A stretch of DNA of 60,296 nucleotides, counting the filler, from Squatina squatina (taxonomy: Eukaryota): NCBI GenBank assembly GCA_031763465.1. It is 3 parts of 3 records of this genome, joined end to end, with 100 filler letters (N's around TTAATTAATTAA, not from the genome) between each part and the next. Parts side by side here need not be neighbours in the genome. Positions count along the whole stretch, not along the records: positions 44,720 to 60,296 come from JARFOE010000192.1; 2 more parts are not named here. The stretch is one strand, 5' to 3'. The translations under genes and the position numbers were made by a program. Positions 50,276 to 60,296 of this stretch are shown here, piece by piece (position 1 is the stretch's first letter; every line of letters begins with the position of its first letter). A model generated the notes under the pieces. The model saw nothing but the letters and a program-made list of their open reading frames with translations, did not search any database and was not told the DNA's origin.

Positions 50276-51490
50276 GTAAGAACTAGTAGGTTAAACAATA
50301 ACTGTGGTCCTTTTGCATTGGTATTGCATTGTCTGTCACAGTGAATTGTAACTAGAGTAGATTGAGTTAATACAAAAAGAATCAAGATCAAATTTTTCTA
50401 AATGGATTAAGTACAGCAGTTAACATAACAGGCAATACTGATTCATGCTGCTTTTAGGCATATAGAAGGGTAATTTTAAAAAGTGTGGGGTTGGGAAGAA
50501 TAATATTCTATTATGAAGTCAATACATTTCAAATAAATCCAACTGAAGGTGAGAAAACTTCACAACAGACTGTCAGTACTGAGTCCCAGCAAGACTTGTG
50601 CATTGCACTTGGGCTGGATGTGGTCTGAGCTGATTTTATAGGATATTTTCAGCGGTTTGGCAGCTACTTCACCAGCCAGAATNNNNNNNNNNNNNNNNNN
50701 NNNNNNNNNNNNNNNNNNNNNNNNNNNNNNNNNNNNNNNNNNNNNNNNNNNNNNNNNNNNNNNNNNNNNNNNNNNNNNNNNNACAAGATTATGTCTGCCC
50801 GCCCCCAACCCCCGCATTCCCCCATCAGACCCTGCCCTCTTGGAAATGTCTTTACAAATCTCTCCAGAAGCCTCCTAAAAATACTTCTTTGACCAAGCTT
50901 TCGTTCTCTCAATCCCCTCCACCCCCAATTTTCTTCCAGTGCTTTTACGGGTTAGTTTCTACTTAGTTAAGCACTCAGATGTTTCCTTTTTAGAGAAGCT
51001 TTATGCAAGTTGTTTGCATCAGGAATTTGTACCTAACAAGCCAAAACCTCTGTGACAATTACCCTTAAACATTGACAGAGTGACGGGTAGACTGCCTGAT
51101 CACAGCGATGTGTTATAATAATGTCTGTTGAAGCAGATTTATCACACACTATGATGTGTATGCTAGAAATATATTATCAGGTTGCCAGAGTTGTTAAGAT
51201 TTCAGTCACACTGTGAGGCCTCGGCTTGCACCCAGTCCCCTTGGTGATAGAACCACATTCACAAGCCTCTGCACAGATTGCTGATCTAGGTTACAGTACT
51301 GAAAGAGCAATCATACATAAAAGTGCTTTCCTCAGCACTAGAGATTTAAAGCAGGCTTGAAAACAGAATTTTTCCCCCATTTTGAGTACANNNNNNNNNN
51401 NNNNNNNNNNNNNNNNNNNNNNNNNNNNNNNNNNNNNNNNNNNNNNNNNNNNNNNNNNNNNNNNNNNNNNNNNNNNNNNNNNNNNNNNNN

Positions 51491-51813
51491 AAATAAATAA
51501 ATAAGTGATTAAATTCTATTTTTCAATTTTTTTTAAACTCGTACGCTGCTAAAAGCAGGCCTGTATGCCTGCTTTTATCAATGTAAGAATTTGAAGGGCT
51601 TTTGCTGGGCAATTGTTGGACAAATAGCCCAGCTCTCCGCCCACGGAGGCCCCTCTCCTGGGGATGCGTGCAATCTGTCAAGAGAAATCTTGATAGATTG
51701 CAACTTCCAGGTTTAGGTGCATGCGCCTCGCAGCCCTAAACCACAACTTGCGGGGCCCCCACGGGCACGTGCACGCTTCGTACGCACCCGTAGGGGCTGC
51801 AATTTCAGGCCCA
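51491..51813. mobile_element. GC-rich non-autonomous DNA transposon end
   Basis: Local palindromes (aatctgtcaagagaaatcttgatagatt) and terminus aatttcaggccc. Confidence 0.6.
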
Positions 51814-52247
51814 TTAATGTTTTAGCTGGAGACCTTCCATTGGCTCTGAGGAAGGATTCTCTATGAAATTGCAATCGATCATTTTTCTTTTCAGATCCTG
51901 ATGTTTGCTTAAAAACATTTTTAAAGGCCATATCTAAAGCTGAAAGTTAAATAAACTAACAAAAATTATGGGCTCTTTATTAATCAAAAATATAATTTCA
52001 GTACCAAAGAATATTTTAGAAGAAATACTTCATCCATTGCTAGAAGCAACATTCTAATTTTCCATAACTTATCATATCGCTCAGTATAAATGTTCAGCAT
52101 GAATGCTATTGGCTGTCCTTGTAACAGTGATACTTGGGAATCACAACAATCTAATTAAAGTTTCAAAGTAAAATCTGAGGAAATGCTAGGAGATTCAATG
52201 TGTGGCAGAAACAGCACAGCATAAAGTGACATCAGCAAGTCTCCTAC

Positions 52248-52428
52248 CTCTTCAGTTTCCATGACTGATCTGGCACACTCATGTGCCTGATAGAGCTCAT
52301 GCCTACGGTCAGGTCTGCTCTGGAAACGAGGCTGCTGCTTTGCTGGGTCCTCATCACCAAAACTTGGAGACTGTACTTTAGGGACTGGCTTGACATCATC
52401 TACAAAGACGAAGGGTTTGAAGATGGAC
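52248..52428 (-). CDS. SCRN1: Secernin-1, penultimate coding exon (181 nt)
   Basis: SIFKPFVFVDDVKPVPKVQSPSFGDEDPAKQQPRFQSRPDRRHELYQAH; acceptor tttgcttcAG, donor GTAGGA. Confidence 0.92.
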
Positions 52429-53376
52429 CTGAAGCAAACAAATGGAGGTTTTTGTNNNNNNNNNNNNNNNNNNNNNNNNNNNNNNNNNNNNNNNNNNNNN
52501 NNNNNNNNNNNNNNNNNNNNNNNNNNNNNNNNNNNNNNNNNNNNNNNNNNNNNNNTAAAATTCAGTGGTGTTTGGGGAAAACCGGGCTTCTGGACCATAA
52601 CTCCTCCCCCCCTACCCCACCACAGTAAATATTGGGACCTCAGGCTCTTCACCCTTGAAAGTATACAAATGAGGAGGGCCTTCCAGAGAGATGCAACAAC
52701 TCTAATTTATAGAGCACTGTTAATATAGTAAAATGCCCCAAGTGGCTTGACAGATGAACAATTTAGTAAGATATTAAGTAGAACAGAAAAGGTTAAGCTG
52801 GGGTATTCTCTCAAGTTAAATAACTTAGGGACATAGGCACAAGGCAAGTATGAAACTGATGTCAAGGAGCATATTCTTCACAAAAAATACTAAATACCTA
52901 GAATAATTTTCCAGGTAGGGTAGTGAAGGCAGGAACTTCAGAATCATTCAAGATGCAGAACTATAGATTTCTATGGAGGAACCAGTTAGATGACTCAAAT
53001 GGCTTTCCCTTTCTATTTAATCACCTTTGTGAATTTACAATATTGCAGTCGGAAGCATGAGCCAAGTACATTTTATTTTAAAGTCTGCTACTGAACAGTG
53101 GTTTCATCAGATTTTACAAAATTAATGGACTCTCAGTAGATCACATCAAAGGGAGTAAACACTTTTGTCAACAGGCAATGCCAATTTTCGCAACTCTAAT
53201 ATACAAGTTTTTTTTCGATTGATTTCTATCTCCAAATGATCAAGTATCCCAGTTACCAATGTTATTAAACTGCAACATTCCTAAACTCCCAAAACAAGGC
53301 ATTTTATCAATATTTCAGAGAAGGAATGAATACAAGATGCATTTTCTTTTGACATTCTTTCTAACCTGATTAATTA

Positions 53377-53586
<210 letters not shown>

Positions 53587-53639
53587 TCAGTCATCTGGGC
53601 ACAACAAACCATCCTCCAATATTTCGGATATAAAGAATC

Positions 53640-53995
53640 AAAGTCATTGCTGGGTTGTATCCTAGGTTACAGAGGATCTTCCAATCCTCCTTAGATATGG
53701 AGTGGTGACAGAAGACTGAAAACGTTACACCCCTGTTTAAAAAAGGGAAGAGGAATAAACCCGGCAACTACAGGCCGTCAGCTTAATGTTGGTGGTGGGG
53801 AAACTTTGAGACACAATAAGCCAGGACAAAATTAACTGGCATTTGGAAAAGTATGGGCTAACAAATGAATGTCAGCGTGGATTTGTTAAAGGCAAATCAT
53901 GTTTGACTAACTTGATTTTCTTTGAAGTAATGGAGAGGGTTGATCTGTATATTGGTTTCCAAAAAGGCATTTGACAAAGTACCACATAATAAACT
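53640..53995 (+). mobile_element. CR1-like LINE reverse transcriptase fragment (SCRN1 intron)
   Basis: NVTPLFKKGKRNKPGNYRP.S..., GFVKGKSCLTNL, FQKAFDKVPH motifs, frameshifted. Confidence 0.9.
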
Positions 53996-55026
53996 TCATC
54001 TTGCTCCCAAGAACAGGTTTACATTAACCCTGAATCTTGGAAGAATACTCACTACGCCAGTGACACATACGAACATTCCATTTTTCTNNNNNNNNNNNNN
54101 NNNNNNNNNNNNNNNNNNNNNNNNNNNNNNNNNNNNNNNNNNNNNNNNNNNNNNNNNNNNNNNNNNNNNNNNNNNNNNNNNNNNNNNAGAGCCTAACCCC
54201 ACCATGGAATAATGAGGTTTCCCGATAAAAATCGAGAACAAAAGAAGTTGCACATTTAAAGAATGCTCAGGAGAAAACTCATGTCATTTTTGAGTCACTT
54301 ATCCCAGCACAGTAGTTTATCAGGTAAGAAATTAAGTTTAAATTTACCTAGATTTTACATTAGAATGTTTAATCTGTCAAAGTCCACTCTTGATATCTAA
54401 ATAATTGCAGCCACAATATTTGGAGGACAATGATACTTAAAACAATCTAGGAATGATAGACAATAACTACAGCACTTCAGTGATGAGCGGAGCACTGACC
54501 TCAACATTTTATAGTAACAGGATAGTGCCTTCCCAGTACTTGTGCTTTTACACTTTTCATTAGATGAGAGAAAGAATTGCCCACTGGGAGGGCTCTTTAT
54601 GGACAGAATCACATCAACATTCTGCTCAGCGCTGAAGTCAAATGGGTACCAGACATCAGCATCAAACAATACTACACCATGATCGGAATCCTTTGAACAC
54701 TGACAGTAATACGAGTATAAAGTCCACAATCATTCTGGTAATGGGTCAGCCATTTGAGAATTTAAAAATACAATATGAATGCCAGGTAAGCTTAAATTTA
54801 ATCTCTTATCTATTGAGCTGGAAAGTAATGGGGTGAGGGCAGAATATTCCTCAGTTCTTTCTTTTTAATATGAAAATTGATTCTTCGGATTATTGTAAGT
54901 TATTACAAAACAAACAGAATTTGATCAAGGTGTGGAACATGTGAAATCAGTGTATATTTTATTCTGAAGTAAACGGAACTTAAAAATAACAATTTGAAGG
55001 TGAAGAGAAAAAAAATGTTTTCTTAC

Positions 55027-55185
55027 CTGAACCTTGGATCCTGGTTCATGAGAAACGGCAGGAAAATAAATGACTTCTTGAACTTCATTTTCAGGTCTTG
55101 CTGAATTTTTTCCAAATATTGTATATGCAGCCTCTGTGGCAGGTGGCAGAGCTACAAAGCAGGAACTGGAAGGAGCTATGGCCAT
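55027..55185 (-). CDS. SCRN1: Secernin-1, first coding exon (159 nt)
   Basis: [15 protein letters not shown]...[30 protein letters not shown]; acceptor 1 nt before the ATG (upstream non-coding exon), donor GTAAGA; FGKNSARP rather than FGKNSDRP and synteny indicate SCRN1. Confidence 0.95.
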
Positions 55186-55513
55186 TCTAAAGATTGAGAA
55201 AAAGGTCAAGAGGATCACTCCTAAATATGTGCCATAATTTGCTGTAGCAGGTCATCTAACCGCATCTGCCATTAGTTAGATTTTTCCTTGCACGTTTACA
55301 ATTTTGTGTGGCAAGTTGCTGAAAGTGATATCACAGCAAAGGAAACAGGACATTTGGGAACTGAATAAACAGGGCAAGCCATCTTGCATCTCCTTAACTA
55401 ATCAGAGTGAAGGNNNNNNNNNNNNNNNNNNNNNNNNNNNNNNNNNNNNNNNNNNNNNNNNNNNNNNNNNNNNNNNNNNNNNNNNNNNNNNNNNNNNNNN
55501 NNNNNNNNNNNNN

Positions 55514-56380
55514 AGGATTAGTGTTGAGACCACTACTGTTCTCCTTTACATAAATGACCTTGACCCAGAAACGCAATGTAAAGTGGTCAGATTTACTGAT
55601 GACACCAAACTAGGAGGGGCAGTGTAACCAGTGGAGACAGCTAGAATTTACAGAATGAGTTGGACAAAATATGTGTGTGGGCTGAACAATGGTACATAAA
55701 ATGTTGACAAGTGTAAAGTACTGCATATAGGAAGGAAAATTAGGTAACATACGCATTCCACGAATGGTGTGGGAAGGAAGAATCTGAAAGAGACCTGGGC
55801 GTCTTAGTAGACTTTAATCTTCCACATATCCAACCAATGCAGAGCAGAAATCAACAAAGCTAATACAATGNNNNNNNNNNTAGTCAAAACAGCAGGATAC
55901 AAATCAGAGCTGTGATCAAATTGCCTTGAGTACTGTGTCCATTCTGGTTGCTGAGAAATAAAGGAGGTATTTGAGTTTGCTGGAAGTGGTGCAGCAAAGA
56001 GCCATGAAGTTGATCCCTAGTGTCAAAGGTTTGAGTTATATGGAAAGACTGGAGTAACATGGACTATTCAGACCTGAAAGATGTCTGAGGGGTGGTCTTA
56101 TAGTTTACACAAGGTAGTTAAGGATTGGAAAACATCAATCCAGAATATAACTTCAAATTAAATTGCAAGAGTGGAACAAGATGACCTGGGTTCAAATTAG
56201 TCAAAGGTAAATTTAGGACTTACATCAGGAAGTTCTTCACCCAAAGTACGATCAACACATGGAATGGACTTTCAGATAGAGTAGTGGAGGCAAAAACTCT
56301 GGCACTCAAGAAAAAATTGGATGCAACAATTGATGGACTGCAGAGCCTCCCAGGGTTCGGCCAAATGATCAAACCCATCT
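55514..56380 (+). mobile_element. Degraded CR1-like LINE 3' portion
   Basis: LYINDLD...FTDDTKLGG RT motif, DLGVLVD, LEYCV, WNGL remnants with stops and frameshifts. Confidence 0.9.
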
Positions 56381-57150
56381 GTAATTATCTTGTTGCAACA
56401 ATTTACAAGCAGCGTATTAAATAACATTCGTAAACAAGTCAGACAAAAAAGGTGTTCCAATTGTGGACGTCTAACTGAATTGTGCGTGTGAGTGAGAGAA
56501 AAGAAGAGGTGAGGAGGGAGATGTGCAGAGGGAAGAGAGGTAAACCACCAGTGGGAAAGAAGTTATTTGCCATAGATATTTTCTGCTGTCAAAAAGCCCT
56601 CCTTGTACGTATTTAAATATACACTGGCAATATTTTTATGTATTAAAAAAATTCCAATGACAAAAAAGGTAAGAGGAATGTGCGAGTCACTGGTTAAGTA
56701 CAGACTGGGTTAATATTTTGTTTACCCAACCCCCTCTAACGCCAAATAAACATGCAGCCAGGTGCTGAGGAGACTTTAGCTGTGTACAATTGAAAAGGGC
56801 AGTGCCCCTTTTTAAAATGAATCTGAGCAATCGGCAGTGGCCTGCAATTCCACAGCCCTGCCTCTCCTGATGACTGTCTCACAATTATGATTAATGTCAA
56901 TGCCCACAGACAGGTAGATCAACTTACTTAGTGGATGCCAATACAACCAGGTGAAACATTTAAAAAATGGGAGGTGAACATGCCAGCCGCAGACCAATTC
57001 ATCTCTTTTTTTTTTAAAGCTTTAAAAAGGAATTTTTATATATCTGGCTTACTTTGTAATGGAGTGATTTTTTTTCCTTGTTGAGAAAATAAACCATTAT
57101 CACAATTGCAACATCCAAATACGCTGGTGAGAACAGAACCATGAATTAGT

Positions 57151-57309
57151 TTACAGCTCATCATGCTTATATGTAAATTCTCTAGCAGAAATATATCCAT
57201 CTTCATCTTCATCTTCATTTTTAAAGATGTCATTCACCATAGTCTCCTGTTGGGTGTCATTTTGTGCAACTCCATATTTTTCAAATTCGCTGCGGAGGTA
57301 CTCTTTCAC
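57151..57309 (-). CDS. FKBP14: FK506-binding protein 14 (ER PPIase), last exon with EF-hand and HDEL
   Basis: VKEYLRSEFEKYG...DIFKNEDEDEDGYISAREFTYKHDEL*; acceptor AG at 57311-57310; 53 codons. Not in the supplied ORF track. Confidence 0.95.
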   Translation of the reverse strand: MKEYLRSEFEKYGVAQNDTQQETMVNDIFKNEDEDEDGYISAREFTYKHDEL

Positions 57310-57648
57310 CTAATTTGCACAGATAGCACAGGATTAATTTAGCAGAAACAAACATTCAAAGTCATACAATCCAAAAGAAGAAAGTTGATAGGTAAAAAAT
57401 ATTCTGATATTGGGGAGAAGGAAACTGAATTAAAACAATTTTTTAAAAAAATTCTTCGATTTAAATTCAAAATACTTATGCCTAATACAAAAAGTTAGGC
57501 ACACTCACATTAGCTTTATTTATTGGAAGATCTTACCCGTAGGCAGATNNNNNNNNNNNNNNNNNNNNNNNNNNNNNNNNNNNNNNNNNNNNNNNNNNNN
57601 NNNNNNNNNNNNNNNNNNNNNNNNNNNNNNNNNNNNNNNNNNNNNNNN

Positions 57649-57800
57649 CGGTCACCTACTTTGGTCTTTCGGTGACAGAGGAAAGGCTTTTGCAACACGT
57701 CGATTTTCACTTCAGGCTCTGGTATCAGAGCACTGCTGGCATAATCCAGCACAAAGGTGAAAGTGAGTGCTTGGAAAACGTTGAAACACTTGGCCAACAT
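57649..57800 (-). CDS. FKBP14: FKBP14 exon 1 (signal peptide and start of PPIase domain; truncated by gap)
   Basis: MLAKCFNVFQALTFTFVLDYASSALIPEPEVKIDVLQKPFLCHRKTKVGD matches FKBP14 ALIPEPEVKIEVLQKPF.CHRKTK.GD. Confidence 0.95.
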
Positions 57801-58367
57801 AATATGCAAAATGTCTTTTTAGCCTGACTTTTTGGGAGTTTATCCCTTTCTTTTATTCTCTCCCTCTCCCACTCACTGCCAAACATACGCAGACGTGGCA
57901 CCTACAACTTGCTGCAGCGCTGAGTTCTCAAACAAACGTCACGCCGTCCCCACCCCGGGTTTACTGGGCTCCGTCACAAAGGAATTCGCACACTCGCGAA
58001 TTGTTCCGCTGCGTGATTCCACCCAACGTCATGACGCAACAAACGATCCACCCTTCCAAAGTGGCAGATTTTCTCTCAGCGTAAACGCTGATTGGTGCTT
58101 TTAACCCAGGACGACACAGAGGGCAGGAAGAGCGAGACAGGATCACCAGTCTCCACCTCCGCGACCTTCTGATTGGCTACTCACGGAAAGCATGACGCTC
58201 GTACCTGGGAGCGGCAGCTTCTGGCCAATGGTTTGTTGGCTTGTCAATCAGCGTGCGTCACGCTCCTCTTGCTGTTCCTGGTTCCCGGTTGTGCGAATTG
58301 TTGCATTTCAGTGGTGTGGGACGGGGGGCTGCGAGCGAGTGACTGGCAGGGTGTCTGTGCTGTTATC
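57801..58367. promoter_or_regulatory. Bidirectional CpG-island promoter and 5' UTRs of FKBP14 / PLEKHA8
   Basis: 567 bp between divergent ATGs; CpG-rich; CCAAT boxes at 58091, 58172 and 58225; several TGACG half-sites; GACGTGGCA at 57892; TGTCAATCA at 58242. Confidence 0.85.
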
Positions 58368-58391
58368 ATGGAAGGAATGCTTTATAAGTGG
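58368..58391 (+). CDS. PLEKHA8: PLEKHA8 (FAPP2) exon 1 start, truncated by gap
   Basis: atcATGG Kozak context; MEGMLYKW matches the FAPP PH-domain start MEGVLYKW; head-to-head with FKBP14. Confidence 0.85.
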
Positions 58392-59655
58392 NNNNNNNNN
58401 NNNNNNNNNNNNNNNNNNNNNNNNNNNNNNNNNNNNNNNNNNNNNNNNNNNNNNNNNNNNNNNNNNNNNNNNNNNNNNNNNNNNNNNNNNNNNNNNNNNN
58501 NNNNNNNNNNNNNNNNNNNNNNNNNNNNNNNNNNNNNNNNNNNNNNNNNNNNNNNNNNNNNNNNNNNNNNNNNNNNNNNNNNNNNNNNNNNNNNNNNNNN
58601 NNNNNNNNNNNNNNNNNNNNNNNNNNNNNNNNNNNNNNNNNNNNNNNNNNNNNNNNNNNNNNNNNNNNNNNNNNNNNNNNNNNNNNNNNNNNNNNNNNNN
58701 NNNNNCGAGTAAGCTATAGCGAGGTATCTGGGTCACACGGCAGCAAGTAAAGCTGTTGTCGGGTTAGTCCTAATCTGGTTGGCATTCATTTGACATTAAA
58801 AGTCATTGGGAATATGTTTTATTAAGAAGGCTTAAATAGCTTGCCCTTGCCTTTGCTTATAAAGGCTGCATTTCACCATGCCCAACTGCATGTGCCTTAA
58901 ACAATTCTGTTTATTCTTGGGTCCTTTTACATTTCATGGAAATTAATTTGACTGGGCATGTCAGGCATTCTTGCATTTGATAATTACAAAATGTTTTGGT
59001 GGATGATTTTTATCCAAAAACTGAAGTGAAGGGAAAGTGTTGAAGAAATTCTCCACATCCCATTTCTCCAGCATTGTTAACCCTCCCATAATTAAGCATT
59101 AATTATGCTGCATCTTTCTTTAAAATTATGTTGTAATAGGATGAGACTGATTTGTAAATTAATTTTAGAAGTCTGCACATTGATAGTTATTTAGTTTGAA
59201 ATCAATTGAATAATTACTTTGTACTGAAGCATATTTTGAATTGTAAATGGGTGAACTTAACATGTATTCATATTGCAACTACTAGTCTAAATATTTAGCG
59301 ATTTAGTCTGACAACATTCCATTTACACTGCCTAGGTGACACTCGAATTCTGCTGCCCAGGAAAGAGTTTGGTGCATGTGTGTTTATACGCACACATAGT
59401 TCCTCTCCTAGCAGTTACATCTCAGTTCTTAGACAGTGCAGGCTGTTACCTACAATTAAACTTAATGTTTTAAGTATAAAAAGTGCAAAGGAGGTCTAAA
59501 GGACCCTCTGAGCATTTTTTACCCCTGGCTTTACATTGTACTGCAGTCCACACGANNNNNNNNNNNNNNNNNNNNNNNNNNNNNNNNNNNNNNNNNNNNN
59601 NNNNNNNNNNNNNNNNNNNNNNNNNNNNNNNNNNNNNNNNNNNNNNNNNNNNNNN

Positions 59656-59820
59656 CTGCAGATGCTGGAATCTAGAATATAAACAAAAAATGCTGGAAAA
59701 ACTCAGCAGGTCAGGACCTGTGGAGAGAAAAACAGAGTTAATGTTTCAGGTTGATGACCCTTCGTCAAAACTTTCTGATGAAGGGTCATCGACCCAAAAC
59801 GTTAACGTTTTTCCAGTATT
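59656..59820. mobile_element. Penelope-like terminal repeat with inverted partial duplication (two hammerhead-like cores)
   Basis: Same repeat as 14370-14510; arms 59737-59767 and 59776-59806 are reverse complements (26/31) around an 8-nt spacer. Confidence 0.8.
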
Positions 59821-59958
59821 TTTTGTTAGACACATTTGGCAAGCTGAACCAATGCTTTGTCAATCATGACAATCCACTTTCAATCATTGGACCGCCTAAT
59901 ACAAAATTGTAATCTTATGTCTATTTCTTGTTCCTATTCACGCGCATGCTTGGCGAAG

Positions 59959-60111
59959 ATTGATATGGCAACTCTTCTAAGATCAACTTGCAACACCTTT
60001 ATGAAGACATTGGAAGAATGCATGGAAATTGCAAATGCCACGTTTAGGCCTGAACTATTGCAACCTACTCCTCCAGGTTCCCCGCACGTGGCGGTCATAA
60101 AACCAAACAGA
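59959..60111 (+). CDS. PLEKHA8: PLEKHA8 internal exon (153 nt)
   Basis: IDMATLLRSTCNTFMKTLEECMEIANATFRPELLQPTPPGSP matches PLEKHA8 LLKSTCNTFLKTLEECMQIAN...TPPGSP; AG at 59957-59958, donor GTATGT. Confidence 0.92.
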
Positions 60112-60296
60112 GTATGTTTCTTTTTAAGCAAATAGATTTTTTTTTACATTATATTGTGATTTTGACACATATAATGGGATCTTTTTCAAATCAGCTGATT
60201 CTACATACTAAGTATGTGTGTTTACTTTAACTTGCTGTGTCAGGTTCAGAAGTAGTGCAGGAATCATGAGCAATTTATTAATAATCGCAAGGCAAT

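Noticed and set aside
54397-54729. 110-aa ORF inside a SCRN1 intron
   Set aside because: No ATG start, no recognisable motif and no convincing splice sites.
60195-60296. Next PLEKHA8 exon(s): 17-nt microexon at 60195-60211 and acceptor at 60243
   Set aside because: Direct phase-0 splicing to 60244 hits TAG, and the microexon route needs a 32-nt intron; unresolved at the window edge.

Overview
Vertebrate genomic DNA, almost certainly a cartilaginous fish (shark or ray), judged from SacSINE1/Deu-SINE-like SINEs, CR1/HER1-like LINE tails and Penelope-like element ends. The draft assembly is very gappy. The window is three unrelated scaffolds joined by an artificial spacer, N44-TTAATTAATTAA-N44, at 28512-28611 and 44620-44719. 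Scaffold A (1-28511) has no recognisable protein gene: it holds repeats, candidate conserved non-coding elements and two orphan splice-acceptor-led segments. Scaffold B (28612-44619) carries the last coding exon and 3' UTR of UBALD1 (-), plus exons of an unidentified downstream gene or genes (-), including a 102-nt coiled-coil exon and a terminal exon with a long 3' UTR. Scaffold C (44720-60296) is the PRR15(+) - WIPF3(+) - SCRN1(-) - FKBP14(-) - PLEKHA8(+) block, in the same order and orientation as human 7p14 near HOXA; many exons are lost in N gaps. The most interesting signal is a set of minimal type-I hammerhead ribozyme motifs at the ends of Penelope-like retroelements, one next to a GIY-YIG C-terminal motif and one as an inverted pair. 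I did not find convincing evidence of a wholly new multi-gene system. Gene and repeat names come from recalled sequences, not from database searches.
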